Assembly (NCBI GenBank): GCA_036524985.1
Contig: DATDBH010000209.1
Location: 10,742-74,741 of the forward strand
Length of the DNA: 64,000 bases
Direction of reading: 5' to 3'
DNA from: Microlunatus sp.
GTDB taxonomy: Bacteria > Actinomycetota > Actinomycetes > Propionibacteriales > Propionibacteriaceae
Below, piece after piece: positions 22,367-34,283 of the stretch. The notes under the pieces were generated by a model. That model was not told the origin of the DNA and did no database searches. It saw only the letters and a list, made by a program, of their open reading frames with translations. The position numbers and the translations under genes are program-made. The first letter of the stretch is position 1. Each line of letters opens with the position of its first letter.

Positions 22367-23140
22367 ATGCAGTTGATCTCGGAGCGGCTCCGCCGACGCA
22401 CCGCCCGCGCCGGTGCGGATCCGTTGCTCACCTACTACGACCTCGGCACGGGTGAGCGGACCGAGCTGTCCGCCGTCACCGTGTCGAACTGGGTGGACAA
22501 GACCTGCCACCTGCTGACCGACGAGTACGGGCTCGACCTCGGCGACCTGGTGCTGCTGGATGTCGCCCGGACGCATCCCGGCCACTGGGTGACCGCGTGT
22601 CTGGAGCTGGCCTGCTGGTCGCTCGGGGTCACGGTCACCGTCGACGGTGCGGCCGGGGCGACGGCTGGGGTGAGGCTGGTCATCAGTGGCCCGCACTACG
22701 CGAGCGCCGGCGGGTACGCGGCCGAGCTCGGTGCCGACCTCCTGGCCTGCAGCCTGCATCCGCTGGGACTGCCGTTCGCGGAGCGGCTGCCCGACGGTGT
22801 CGCCGACTTCGCGCTGGAGGTCCGGGGCCAGCCGGACCGGTACGCGTCCGCCACCGTGCCGGGCGACGAGCTGGCCTGGCGCTCGGTCGAGGCCACCGTG
22901 ACGCAGGCCGAGCTCGCCGCCTCCCGGGAGTCGACCGGGCGCCGTCTGGTTCGTCCGTCGACGCCGTGGGCCACGGCACGCGACGGCATCGTGGCGGCGT
23001 TGATCGGCGGCGGTTCGGTGGTCACGGTCGTGGGCGACGACGAGTCGGCCCTCGAGCGGATCCGGGACACCGAGAAGGTCGACGCTGAGGTCTCGGCCCG
23101 CTACAGGCCGGCCGAGCCCAGCAGCCGCCCGATGCCGTAG
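22367..23140 (+). CDS. TIGR03089 family protein (acyl-CoA synthetase-like fragment family)
   Basis: PLLTYYD..TGERTELSA.TV.NWVDKT..LL; the 3' end overlaps the convergent VIT1 gene by 40 nt. Confidence 0.85.
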   Translation: MQLISERLRRRTARAGADPLLTYYDLGTGERTELSAVTVSNWVDKTCHLLTDEYGLDLGDLVLLDVARTHPGHWVTACLELACWSLGVTVTVDGAAGATAGVRLVISGPHYASAGGYAAELGADLLACSLHPLGLPFAERLPDGVADFALEVRGQPDRYASATVPGDELAWRSVEATVTQAELAASRESTGRRLVRPSTPWATARDGIVAALIGGGSVVTVVGDDESALERIRDTEKVDAEVSARYRPAEPSSRPMP

Positions 23141-23835
23141 GTCACGACCATGGCGAAGCCACCACCCACCATCAGACGCAGGATGGCCGGGCCGACGCGC
23201 GCCGACCCCAGCCGGGCGCTGACCGCTCCGGTGATCGCCAGTGCGATCAGGACCGTCACGAAGGTGAGCGGGATCCGCAGCTCCGGACCCGACAGCACCA
23301 TGGCCAGCAGCGGCAGGATCGACCCGACGGTGAACGCGATGGCCGACGACCCGGCGGCGTGCCAGGGGTTGGTCAGCGCGTCCGGGTCGAGGCCCAGCTC
23401 CACGTCGACGTGGGCGGCGAACGCGTCCTTGGCGGTCAGCTCCTCAGCCAGCTTGTGCGCCGTCTCCGGGCTGGCCCCCTTGGCGATGTAAAGGGCCGCC
23501 AGCTCCTCCAGCTCTTCGCCGGGAGAGGTCGCCAGCTCGGTCCGCTCCTTCTCCAGCAGGGCGCGCTCGGTGTCCCGCTGGCTGCTCACGGAGACGTACT
23601 CGCCCAGGGCCATCGAGACGGCGCCCGCCACGAGCCCGGCGACACCGGCGGTGAGAACCGCCCCACTGGCTTCGGTGGCGCCGGCGACGCCGACGACGAG
23701 GGCAGCGGTGGACACGATGCCGTCGTTGGCGCCGAGCACACCGGCCCGCAGCCAGTTGAGCCGCTGCGGTAGACCACCGAAGTGCGGCTCCGAGGTGTGC
23801 GGTGTCGGTGGGGTCGGCTCGTGATCGTCAGGCAT
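23101..23835 (-). CDS. VIT1/CCC1 family iron/manganese transporter
   Basis: LNWLRAGVLGANDGIVS and SMALGEYVSVSSQRD. Confidence 0.93.
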   Translation of the reverse strand: MPDDHEPTPPTPHTSEPHFGGLPQRLNWLRAGVLGANDGIVSTAALVVGVAGATEASGAVLTAGVAGLVAGAVSMALGEYVSVSSQRDTERALLEKERTELATSPGEELEELAALYIAKGASPETAHKLAEELTAKDAFAAHVDVELGLDPDALTNPWHAAGSSAIAFTVGSILPLLAMVLSGPELRIPLTFVTVLIALAITGAVSARLGSARVGPAILRLMVGGGFAMVVTYGIGRLLGSAGL

Positions 23836-23939
23836 GGTGGTCTCCGGGGTCGGGTGGGTGGGTGGAAGGCGTGGGCCGAACTGCCTCGGTGCGGGCAGCC
23901 AGCCGCGAAGCAGCTCGGCGGCCTCGTGCTCGAGCTGGA

Positions 23940-24729
23940 GGAACTCGCCGATGGCATGCCGGGGTCGATCCCGTCCAGGAGCCGACGACCGATGTCACGG
24001 CTGGTGCCGATCAGCAGGACCACGATGGCCCCGCTGATCAGCAGCCCCACGATCCGGTCGGCGAGGCCGAAGCCGAGCCAGATGCCGAGCCAGATGCCGA
24101 GCGCGCCCGCGACGACGGCGAGTGAGGTGAACCCGTCGGTGCGGGCGTGCGCTCCCGTCGGCGACCAGGGGTGGCCGAGCTGATCCGACGCCCCCACCCG
24201 GAGGCGGTAGCCCGCGACGAGCTCGTTGCCGGCGAACCCGATCAGCCCAGCGGCCACCACCCAGCCCAGGTCGGTCACCGGCTGGGGATCGACCAGGCGG
24301 CGGATCGACTCGATCCCGGCCACCAGGGCGGAGACCGCGATCATGATCACGATGAACAGTCCAGCCACGTCCTCCTGGCGACCGAAGCCGTACGTGTAGC
24401 GCCGGCTGGTTGGCCGGCGACCGATGACGATGGCGATCCACAGCGGCACCGCGGTCAAGGCGTCGGAGAGGTTGTGGACGGTGTCGGCCAGCAACGCGAT
24501 CGAGCCGCTGATGATCACCACCACCACCAGGGCCTGGAGCAATGCGGTCGCACCCAGCACCAGGAGACTCAGCTTGAGCTCGAACGCCCTGGCTGCTCGA
24601 CGCCAGGGCGACGTCCACCGCCCCGGTGCTGTGGTGGCTGTGCGGTGCGGTGAGTCGGTGCAGCAGGCCTCGCGTACCGCGCCCTTGGTCGTGATCATGC
24701 TGGTGGTCGTGATCATGGACGGCGCTCAT
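23940..24729 (-). pseudogene. His-rich cation diffusion facilitator, frameshifted and C-terminally truncated
   Basis: The His-rich N-terminus (MSAVHDHDHQHDH...PHSHHS) is in one frame and ALLADTVHNLSDALTAVPLW...YTYGFGR in another. LVADG/HARTDG is split between frames, and similarity ends after LLDGIDP. Confidence 0.8.
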
Positions 24730-25103
24730 GGCCGATGCGTCGATTCCATGCGGTGGTGGAGAGGTTGTCCGATGGCGTGCTCCGCCTGGTGGATGGCGTC
24801 GGTGACCAGCTGGGAGGCGTGCCCATTCTCCAACCGGTAGAACACGCGGTTCCCGTCCTGTCGCGCCGCCACGATCCGAGCCAGGCGGAGCTTCGCGAGA
24901 TGCTGCGACACGGCAGCGGGAGCCTTGCCGACCGCGGCTGCGATGGCGTTCACGGGCAGCTCGCCTGCCTGCAGGGACAGCACGATCCTGACCCTCGTCG
25001 ACTCGGCAAGCATGCTGAACACCTCCACGGCCAGGTCGACGAGCTGGTCGTCGACCCGGCCGTTCACCGCGTTCGGCTCGGCATCCTGCCTATCTGCATA
25101 CAT
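24726..25103 (-). CDS. ArsR/SmtB family metalloregulator
   Basis: AVEVFSMLA..TRVRI, AVSQHLAKLRLARIV and HASQLVTDAIHQAEH. Confidence 0.9.
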   Translation of the reverse strand: MYADRQDAEPNAVNGRVDDQLVDLAVEVFSMLAESTRVRIVLSLQAGELPVNAIAAAVGKAPAAVSQHLAKLRLARIVAARQDGNRVFYRLENGHASQLVTDAIHQAEHAIGQPLHHRMESTHRP

Positions 25104-25139
25104 ACGCAGACTCTAACTCACCGAGATCTCTCGCCGGAT

Positions 25140-25781
25140 TCAGAGGTTCGCGAGCAGCCTGCGCATGGTGGTGATCTCGGCCCGCTGGCTGGTGATGATC
25201 TGACGAGCCAGCTCCTTGACGTCGGGGTTCTCGCCGTCCTCGAGCTGATCCTCGGCCATGTCGATCGCACCCTCGTGGTGGATGATCATGCCGTCGAGGT
25301 AGCGCTTCATCGCCTCCTTGCCGACGGCTCGCTCGAGAGCGTCCAGATCGGCCTGGCTCATCATCCCGCCCATCCCGCCACCCATCTGGTGTCCCGTGGA
25401 CGGCATGGCCGGCTGCCCCCACCCGGCGAGCCAGCCGGCCATCTGGGCGATCTCGGGGGTTTGAGCGGCCTTGATCTGGCGCGCGAGCTGACTGACCTCG
25501 GGATCGATGTCGGTCTTCGCCAGCAGGAGATCGCTCATCTCGATCGCCTGTTGATGGTGCGGGATCATCATCCGGGCGAACATGACGTCCGCCCGGTTGT
25601 GCGGACCGGTGGCCGGGGTGCCGGTCGCCGAGGGCGTCGGTGCGGCACTGTACGGAGTGCCCGCGTGGTTCATGGGCATGGTCACTGGACGATCCGTGCA
25701 GCCGGACAGTCCGGCGACCGGGATCAGCGCGGCGGTGAAGGTCGCGGCGAGAAGTAGGCGGCGGGGCATGGTGGAGCGCAT
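25140..25781 (-). CDS. DUF305 (CopM-like) copper-binding lipoprotein
   Basis: Lipobox LSGC, ADVMFARMMIPHHQQAIEMS and MIIHHEGAIDMA. Confidence 0.9.
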   Translation of the reverse strand: MRSTMPRRLLLAATFTAALIPVAGLSGCTDRPVTMPMNHAGTPYSAAPTPSATGTPATGPHNRADVMFARMMIPHHQQAIEMSDLLLAKTDIDPEVSQLARQIKAAQTPEIAQMAGWLAGWGQPAMPSTGHQMGGGMGGMMSQADLDALERAVGKEAMKRYLDGMIIHHEGAIDMAEDQLEDGENPDVKELARQIITSQRAEITTMRRLLANL

Positions 25782-25870
25782 GGCGTGGTGCTTTCTGTGA
25801 GTTGTCGGTCGGGTATCTGGAGCGCTGGCGCCGGCCGATCGCGCTGGACGCGCCGGCACCTGGGCACCGA

Positions 25871-26302
25871 TCAGGTACGACTGACGGACAGCTCGACCCA
25901 GGTTCGGGTGACGGGTCGGCGGCGGTGCGGCAGCGGCGCGGGTCGCAACGCCGGCGCGATCCACTCCTGGTGGCCGGCGGTGGGCGGCCCGCGGAGCAGC
26001 CATCCGGTGACCAGCAGGATCAAGGCGATGAGGCAGCCGAGCATCAGCAGGTGATGCTCCTGGCACCCCGCGCAGCCGTCGGGAGTGCCGGGCTCGACGG
26101 ACACCGGTCCCTCGGCCTGGACGACCCCGGTCGACCGGTGGTGGTCATGCGGGGAGAGCGCCTGCGAGGCCGAGCGTGGTTGCGCCACGGTGTGACCGAA
26201 CGAGAGCTCGTGCATGGCCAGCAGACTCAGGACGACGGCGACCACGGCGACGGTCAGCAACAGGTGCCACCGAAGCACACGCGCGAACCCGACGGGGGCC
26301 AT
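25871..26302 (-). CDS. small His/Cys-containing membrane protein (DUF6153-like) upstream of DUF305
   Basis: LLAMH, C..C..HH...C and C-terminal ELSVSRT, typical of proteins preceding DUF305 genes. Confidence 0.7.
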   Translation of the reverse strand: MAPVGFARVLRWHLLLTVAVVAVVLSLLAMHELSFGHTVAQPRSASQALSPHDHHRSTGVVQAEGPVSVEPGTPDGCAGCQEHHLLMLGCLIALILLVTGWLLRGPPTAGHQEWIAPALRPAPLPHRRRPVTRTWVELSVSRT

Positions 26303-26311
26303 GACCACATG

Positions 26312-26345
26312 ATACTCCGGTGGGGATAATACCCACAGGGGGTAT
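26312..26345. promoter_or_regulatory. CsoR/RicR-type copper operator (TACCC-N5-GGGTA at 26330-26344) with an adjacent degenerate copy
   Basis: TACCCACAGGGGGTA matches the RicR-type palindrome and lies directly upstream of the DUF6153-like/DUF305 genes. Confidence 0.75.
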
Positions 26346-26399
26346 GCACACCCGAGACGTGGGCCAGGCGACGGCTGATGACAGTCGATCTCACGGCGG

Positions 26400-26960
26400 T
26401 TCGGGTGGGTTGCTGACGTAGCGGTGTCCGGTGGGGGTGGGTGATCACGGTGTGGGTGTCGGGGTCGGCGATGGTCCAGGGGGCACCTCGCGGACGTAGT
26501 TGCCGCGTTCGCACACCGCGCCCGTTGGTGGGGCCGCCGTCGTGGTGGAGGTGGTCGAGGTGGCGGATCGGGGCGTCGCAGTAGGGGTCGCGGCAGGTCC
26601 AGTCCCGCCACCGACCTCGATCCCGATGTCTTCGGCGGCGAGCCGGTGAGGCGGGCAAGGAGGGTGTCGGCGGTGATCTGGCCCTTCGACCGGCGTCACC
26701 ATCAGCCCGGCGAGCGGTGGCGGCGGCGTGGAGGGCGGCGGCAGGCGACGCCTTGTTCGACCGGCAGCAGCCCCGACAGCAGGCTCATGATGTCCGGGCG
26801 GGTCGCAGCCTGACTCGACGGTCGCTGCGGGCTTTCCCGGCCCGGGCCCTCGCTGCTTCCGGGTCCGTCGCAGACGCCAACCGTTTCGCGGCCGCCGCGG
26901 ACCGTGTGGTGCCCATCCGTCCGGGGTATCCGAGCCGCTGACACCTCTTCGAACACCCAT
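26400..26960 (-). pseudogene. degraded DUF222/HNH endonuclease (13E12-repeat-like) remnant
   Basis: Fragments in different frames: ARSDRRVRLRPA, PDIMSLLSGLLPVEQGVAC, RDWTCRDPYCDAPIRHLDH..GGPT and CERGNYVRE. Confidence 0.7.
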
Positions 26961-27052
26961 CCGAGTGCAGCTCGACGCAGAATCCGGTGGGCCCGGCGGA
27001 CGAGCCCGCTAGCGCGTCACGGTGTCGAGCCAAGCCTCGGAGTAGGCGTCCG

Positions 27053-27652
27053 TCACCTCGCGGATCGGGTCGGCCAGCCGCGGGAACTCGGCTGCCCAGT
27101 CGAACGGAACCCATCGGCCGTGCCGCCACACCAGAGGCGTGGGCTGATGTGGTCAGGACCCCACAGGATCGCTTCGCGTGCACCCTTCAGGATCGCGAGC
27201 ATCCCGTTCTCGTCGCGGCTACCGGGGGGCGGGCACCGGCGTCGGGCGTGACCTCGGCGATCAGAGCGAGCTCCGCGGCGTCGTACAGGTGCAGTCGGAG
27301 ATCGCGGGCGACGTCGTTCAGCGCCGGCATCTCCTGCTTCGAGAAGTCGCGGGCGGGTGCCTCGTCGCGCAGCAGTGAGGCGACGGCACGGATCGGTTCG
27401 TCGAGGAGCTCGGGCCGCGCTTCCCTCGGCGCCACCCCCACAGGTCCAGCACCGTCGACAGCACCGGCTCCGGCAGCTGCTCGGCCGCCGCGCCCGAGCC
27501 CGCTCCAGCCCTCGTAGCGGTTCGTGCACCTCAGCAGGGCTCGGTCGAGCGCGCCCAGGTGAGCTCGGTATGAGCAGCTGGAGCTGATCACCCTCGCGGA
27601 TGACCTTGGGAATCCAGCCTCGCTTCGAGACGGCGTACACGACCTCCCCCAT
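27053..27652 (-). pseudogene. frameshifted hypothetical gene remnant (possibly DUF6357-like)
   Basis: GWIPKVIREGDQLQLL N-terminus; plausible coding continues in another frame (FSKQEMPALNDVARDLRLHLY). Confidence 0.4.
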
Positions 27653-28046
27653 GGGACCACTCTCCTCCATCGAAGGTCGGGCGGAGGTCCTCGCTGATCT
27701 TCTCGAGGTTCGCCGGGGTCACCTTCCAACGAGCCGCATCGACATCCTCGAAGGTCACCTCGTACGTCCCCGAGGAGCGGTCGAGCTGGACGAGGATCGC
27801 CGCCGGTGGCTCCTGGTCCGGTGTGAGGCAGCACTCGAGGCAAGCGTCCACGGCGACCTTGATGCCTGACGGTCGCGACGCCACCGCCGAGACCGTCCCG
27901 TCGGGCGAGTAGGCGAAGCCGTGCGTTCCCCTGATCCGGCCACCACTGAGGTCGAGGACCATCGCCAACGACGCCCAGTCGTCGCGGGCGCCCTTCATGT
28001 TCTCGATCAGAGCTCGGATGAGATCAGCGGTGACGTCGTCGGACAC
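27588..28046 (-). CDS. hypothetical protein, possibly toxin-immunity-like
   Basis: W.SLAMVL...GFAY..DG...LVQLDR..G.YEVTFED.DAARWKVTP; a compact acidic protein. Confidence 0.55.
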   Translation of the reverse strand: MSDDVTADLIRALIENMKGARDDWASLAMVLDLSGGRIRGTHGFAYSPDGTVSAVASRPSGIKVAVDACLECCLTPDQEPPAAILVQLDRSSGTYEVTFEDVDAARWKVTPANLEKISEDLRPTFDGGEWSHGGGRVRRLEARLDSQGHPRG

Positions 28047-28082
28047 TGAGCTCCTCTGGGATCAGTTCACAGGCTGCCGCGA

Positions 28083-29576
28083 TCAGCTGTTCTGCGGGAA
28101 GCCCAGGTTGAGTCCGCCGTGGCTGGGATCCAGCCAGCGGGAGGTCACGACCTTGCCCCGGGTGAAGAAGTGCACACCCTCCATGCCGTGGGCGTGGGAG
28201 TCACCGAACAGCGAGGACTTCCAACCACCGAAGGAGTAGTAGGCCATCGGCACCGGCACCGGCACGTTGATGCCGATCATCCCGACCTTGACCTCGTTCT
28301 GGAACTGGCGGGCCGCGCCACCGTCGTTGGTGAAGATGGCGGTGCCGTTGCCGTACGGGTTGTCGTTGATCAACTGCACCCCGTCCGCGTAGGTGTCGAC
28401 TCGGACCACCGAGAGCACCGGACCGAAGATCTCGTCGGTGTAGATGCTCATGTCCGTGGTCACGTGGTCGAACAGCGTCGGGCCGACGAAGAAGCCCTCG
28501 CCGTCGGCGTCCGGCCGCACGGTGCGGCCGTCCACCACGAGCTCGGCACCGGCGGCCTCGCCCGCGTCGATGTAGCCGGACACGCGCTGCTGGGCGACGG
28601 AGGTGACCAACGGACCCATGTCGCACCCGCGAGTGCCGTCGCCGGTGCGCAGGCCGACCGTACGCTCCTTGATCTTGGCCACCAGCTCGTCACCGACCCC
28701 GCCGACGGCGAGCACCGCGGAGATCGCCATGCAGCGCTCCCCCGCCGAGCCGTAGCCGGCGTTGACGGCCTGATCCGCGGCCAGGTCCAGATCGGCGTCG
28801 GGCAGCACCAGCATGTGGTTCTTAGCCCCACCGAGGGCCTGCACCCGCTTGCCGTGCGACGTGCCCGTCTCGTAGACGTACTTCGCGATCGGGGTGGAGC
28901 CGACGAAGGAGATGGACTGGACGTCGGGGTGCGTGAGCAGACCGTCCACGGCGACCTTGTCGCCGTTGAGCACGTTGAAGACACCGTCGGGCAGACCGGC
29001 TTCCTTCCACAGCTCGGCCATCCACAGCGCCGCGGTCGGCACCTTCTCGCTCGGCTTCAGCACGACGGTGTTGCCGGCCGCGATGGCGATCGGGAAGAAC
29101 CACATCGGCACCATGGCCGGGAAGTTGAACGGGGAGATGATCCCCACCACGCCGAGCGGCTGGCGTACGGAGTGCACGTCGACCTTGGTCGAGGCGTTCT
29201 CGGTGAAGGCCCCCTTGACCAGGTGCGGGATGCCGCAGGCGAACTCGACGACCTCCTGCCCGCGGCTGACCTCACCGAGCGCGTCGGAGAGGACCTTGCC
29301 GTGCTCGGACGTGATGATCGCCGCCAGCTCGGACTTGCGGGCGTTCAGCAGCTCCCGGAAGGCGAACAGCACCTGTGATCGCTTGGCCAGCGAGGTGTCC
29401 CGCCAGGCCGGGTACGCCGCAGCGGCGGCGGCCACAACCGTGTTCACGTCGGCCTCGGAGGCCAGCGCGAGCTGGGCGGTGACCTCGCCGGTCGCCGGGT
29501 TGGTCACGTCGGAGAAGCGACCACTCGTGCCGTCGAGGAGCGCGCCGTTGGCCCAGTGCTGAAGCGTCGTTGCCAT
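28083..29576 (-). CDS. iolA: CoA-acylating (methyl)malonate-semialdehyde dehydrogenase (IolA/MmsA)
   Basis: PFNFPAMVP, SFVGSTP, LGGAKNH, GERCMA and EIFGP; located in the iol operon. Confidence 0.93.
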   Translation of the reverse strand: MATTLQHWANGALLDGTSGRFSDVTNPATGEVTAQLALASEADVNTVVAAAAAAYPAWRDTSLAKRSQVLFAFRELLNARKSELAAIITSEHGKVLSDALGEVSRGQEVVEFACGIPHLVKGAFTENASTKVDVHSVRQPLGVVGIISPFNFPAMVPMWFFPIAIAAGNTVVLKPSEKVPTAALWMAELWKEAGLPDGVFNVLNGDKVAVDGLLTHPDVQSISFVGSTPIAKYVYETGTSHGKRVQALGGAKNHMLVLPDADLDLAADQAVNAGYGSAGERCMAISAVLAVGGVGDELVAKIKERTVGLRTGDGTRGCDMGPLVTSVAQQRVSGYIDAGEAAGAELVVDGRTVRPDADGEGFFVGPTLFDHVTTDMSIYTDEIFGPVLSVVRVDTYADGVQLINDNPYGNGTAIFTNDGGAARQFQNEVKVGMIGINVPVPVPMAYYSFGGWKSSLFGDSHAHGMEGVHFFTRGKVVTSRWLDPSHGGLNLGFPQNS

Positions 29577-29630
29577 GATGGAAGTCCTTACGTGGTGGGG
29601 ATCAGTGAGTGGTGGGTGCGAGGGAGAGCG

Positions 29631-30548
29631 TCACCGCAAGGCCCCCATGTCGATCGAGACGTTGCTGCAGGAGGAGAGGTAGGTCTTGGTGCGCTTCGCG
29701 ATGGGCAGCGGCACGTCCGGGGCGCACGGGTAGAGGTCGTGCTCGATGATGCCCTTGATGTCACGACCCAGACCGGCCAGCGCCTCCAGCACCGGTGGCA
29801 TGTCCGGCAGACCCAGTGGCGGCTCGATCATGGCGCCCATCCGGACGGCCTCGGGCCAGACCACGTTGTCGGCCCGCACCTTGGCCATCACGGTCGGATC
29901 GACCTGCTTCAGGTGGACGTAGCCGATCCGCTCCGGGTACTTGGTGATCAGCTCGACGCTGTCGCCGTCGTAGTAGGCGATGTGTCCGGTGTCCAGGCAC
30001 AGGTTCACGTAGTCGGGGCTCGTCGCCTCGAGGAACCGCTCCACGTCGCGCTGGTAGCCGACGTGGCTCTCCGCGTGCGGGTGGAACTGCACGTGCAGGC
30101 CGAACTCGTTCAGGACCCGGCGGCCCAGCTCGTCGGTCTGGGTGGTCAGCAACGACCACTGCTCGTCGGTCAGCTTCGACGGTTCGAGGTCCTCGCCGGT
30201 CTTCTCGTCGCGGTACATCGCGGGGATGACGACGATGTGCTCACCGCCGACCGCCCTGGTCAGGGCCGCGACGTCGGTGACCTGCTTCCAGACGTGATCC
30301 CACGAGCCGGACTGGTGCAGTCCGGAGAAGACAGTGCCGGCCAGCACGGAGAGGTGGTGTTCCGCCAGGGCCTCTTTCAGCTCGGCCGCATCGGTCGGCA
30401 GATAGCCGTACGGTCCGAGCTCGATGGCCTCGTAGCCGGCCTCGGCCACCTCGGCGAGGAACCGCCGGGCCGGGACCTGCTGAGGGTCGCTGGCGAACCA
30501 GACCCCCCACGAGTCAGGGGCCGTACCGATGGTCAGGGTGGGCGTCAC
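29631..30548 (-). CDS. iolE: myo-inosose-2 dehydratase-like TIM-barrel sugar phosphate isomerase/epimerase
   Basis: IGTAPDSWGVWF, IELGPYGYLP, FHPH, CLDTGH and VHLKQ. Confidence 0.75.
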   Translation of the reverse strand: MTPTLTIGTAPDSWGVWFASDPQQVPARRFLAEVAEAGYEAIELGPYGYLPTDAAELKEALAEHHLSVLAGTVFSGLHQSGSWDHVWKQVTDVAALTRAVGGEHIVVIPAMYRDEKTGEDLEPSKLTDEQWSLLTTQTDELGRRVLNEFGLHVQFHPHAESHVGYQRDVERFLEATSPDYVNLCLDTGHIAYYDGDSVELITKYPERIGYVHLKQVDPTVMAKVRADNVVWPEAVRMGAMIEPPLGLPDMPPVLEALAGLGRDIKGIIEHDLYPCAPDVPLPIAKRTKTYLSSCSNVSIDMGALR

Positions 30549-30577
30549 TGCTGCCTCTCTGCTGCTGGGCTTGTTGC

Positions 30578-32476
<1,899 letters not shown>

Positions 32477-32478
32477 GA

Positions 32479-33357
32479 TCAGGAATCCTCTGTCGTCAGT
32501 CGGGGGTCGACCGGCTGGTCGACCCAGGTGGCCCGGACCCAGGTCTGGTCGGGGTGGTCGGAGATCTTCCAGGCCCGCTCGCCGCCGTTCGGGTTCGGCG
32601 GGCCGGCCATCACGTTCAGGTAGTACATGTCGTAGCCGGGGGCGGCCACGCAGGGACCGTGCCAGCCGTACGGCACCAGCACCGCATCGCGATCATGCAC
32701 CTCCTCACAGAGGTCGATGTCGTGTCCCGGCGAGGAGGACGTCCGCATGAAACCCAACCCGGGTTCGCCGTTCGGGCCGGCGGCGATCTCGAAGTAGTAG
32801 ATCTCCTCCAGCTCCGACTCGGTCTCGGTGGTCTCGTCGTGCTTGTGCGCGGGGTAGGAGGACCAGTTCCCACCGGGGGTGATCACCTCGCAGGCGATGA
32901 TCGCTCCGGCGGCCAGCGCCTGCGGCGTACCGAAGTTGCGGACCTGGCGGCTGGACTGCCCCGCCCCTCGGAGCTCGACCGGCACCTCGGTCACCGGGCC
33001 GTGGTGCGCGGGCAGCGCGGCGTCGCTCACGGCGCCGCACAGGGCGTACCGGCCACCGACGGTGGAGGTGAGTGTGGCGCTCGACCCCGCGGGCAGGTAG
33101 ACGATGTCGGTCGGGCCGGCGAACACGTCGGTCCGACCGGTCAACGCGAAGGTCGCGTGCTCGGTCCTCACCGACGCACCGCCGGACAGCGGCACCACGA
33201 TGATCTCCTCGCCCTGGCAGGAGAACCGGTGCTCGGCTCCGGCTGCGAGAGTGACCACCCGGAGGCTGGAGTAGCCCCAGCCCGCCGAGGTAGGGGTGAT
33301 CTCCAGGTCGTACGGTCCTGCCGTCGCGGTCCCAGCGGGCAGGAAGTGCTCGCTCAT
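32479..33357 (-). CDS. iolB: 5-deoxy-glucuronate isomerase
   Basis: GNWSSYPAHKHD, LEEIYYF and YYLNVMAGP. Confidence 0.95.
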   Translation of the reverse strand: MSEHFLPAGTATAGPYDLEITPTSAGWGYSSLRVVTLAAGAEHRFSCQGEEIIVVPLSGGASVRTEHATFALTGRTDVFAGPTDIVYLPAGSSATLTSTVGGRYALCGAVSDAALPAHHGPVTEVPVELRGAGQSSRQVRNFGTPQALAAGAIIACEVITPGGNWSSYPAHKHDETTETESELEEIYYFEIAAGPNGEPGLGFMRTSSSPGHDIDLCEEVHDRDAVLVPYGWHGPCVAAPGYDMYYLNVMAGPPNPNGGERAWKISDHPDQTWVRATWVDQPVDPRLTTEDS

Positions 33358-34283
33358 CGGCGCACCAGCGAGACGGCGGTGTCGACGGCCTTGGCCACGT
33401 CGTCGTCGGCCGGGTAGAGCATGGTGCGTCCGACCACGAGGCCGCGGACCGACGGCAGCGCGAGTGCCGCCTGCCAGGCCGCGTAGGTGTGGTCGGCGTC
33501 CCCGTCGGGATCGCCGCCCAGCAGCAGGGTCGGCATCGTCGTCGCCGCCATCACCCGCTCCATCTCGGCGACCACGGGCAGCTTCATCCAGGTGTACGCG
33601 CTGGAGGCCCCCAGACCCGAGGCGATGGCGATCGACTTGATCACCGCGTCGGGGCTGAGGTCGTTGACCACCGAGCTTCCCACGCGGCTGGACATGAACG
33701 GCTCGACCAGGGCGATCCGACCGGCGCGGTTGAGGTCGGTCACGGCCCGGGCACACATCTCCAGGGTCGCGACGGTCGCGGGGTCGGCGAGGTCGATCCG
33801 GGTCAGCATCTTGGCCCCGTCGAAGCGGGACTCGATGGTCCCGCGGACGTCGTAGCCGGTGGCGCGGTCGTCGAGCTCGAACGCCGAACCCTGCAGGCCG
33901 CCCCGGTTGATCGAGGAGAAGACGAGTTTGCCCTCCAGGGCGCCGAGCAGCAAGAGGTCCTCGGCGATGTCGGCCGTGGCCAGCAGTCCGTCCACCCCGG
34001 GGCGGGCAAGGGCCGTCACCAGGCGCTCGAGCAGCTCGGTGCGGTCGGCCATGGCGGTCGGGTTGCCGGAGGCGCCCAGGGCGCCACGGGCCGGATGATC
34101 ACAGGCGACGATCATCAGACGGCCGTCGCTGCCGGCGATGCTGCGGCGCCGGCGGGCGGCGAGCAGCGCGCCGATCCGCTCCGGCTCGTAGAACCTGACG
34201 TCACCGATGTCGGCGACCGATGAGACGAAGCGGTGCGCCTCGGACGGGGCGGCGGGGTGCTCCGAGGGCAGGGTCTGGGTCAT
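33354..34283 (-). CDS. Cgl0159-like class I (beta/alpha)8 aldolase
   Basis: IVACDHPARGAL, SINRGGL.G..FELDDR, WMKLP and VVGRTMLYP. Confidence 0.85.
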   Translation of the reverse strand: MTQTLPSEHPAAPSEAHRFVSSVADIGDVRFYEPERIGALLAARRRRSIAGSDGRLMIVACDHPARGALGASGNPTAMADRTELLERLVTALARPGVDGLLATADIAEDLLLLGALEGKLVFSSINRGGLQGSAFELDDRATGYDVRGTIESRFDGAKMLTRIDLADPATVATLEMCARAVTDLNRAGRIALVEPFMSSRVGSSVVNDLSPDAVIKSIAIASGLGASSAYTWMKLPVVAEMERVMAATTMPTLLLGGDPDGDADHTYAAWQAALALPSVRGLVVGRTMLYPADDDVAKAVDTAVSLVRR

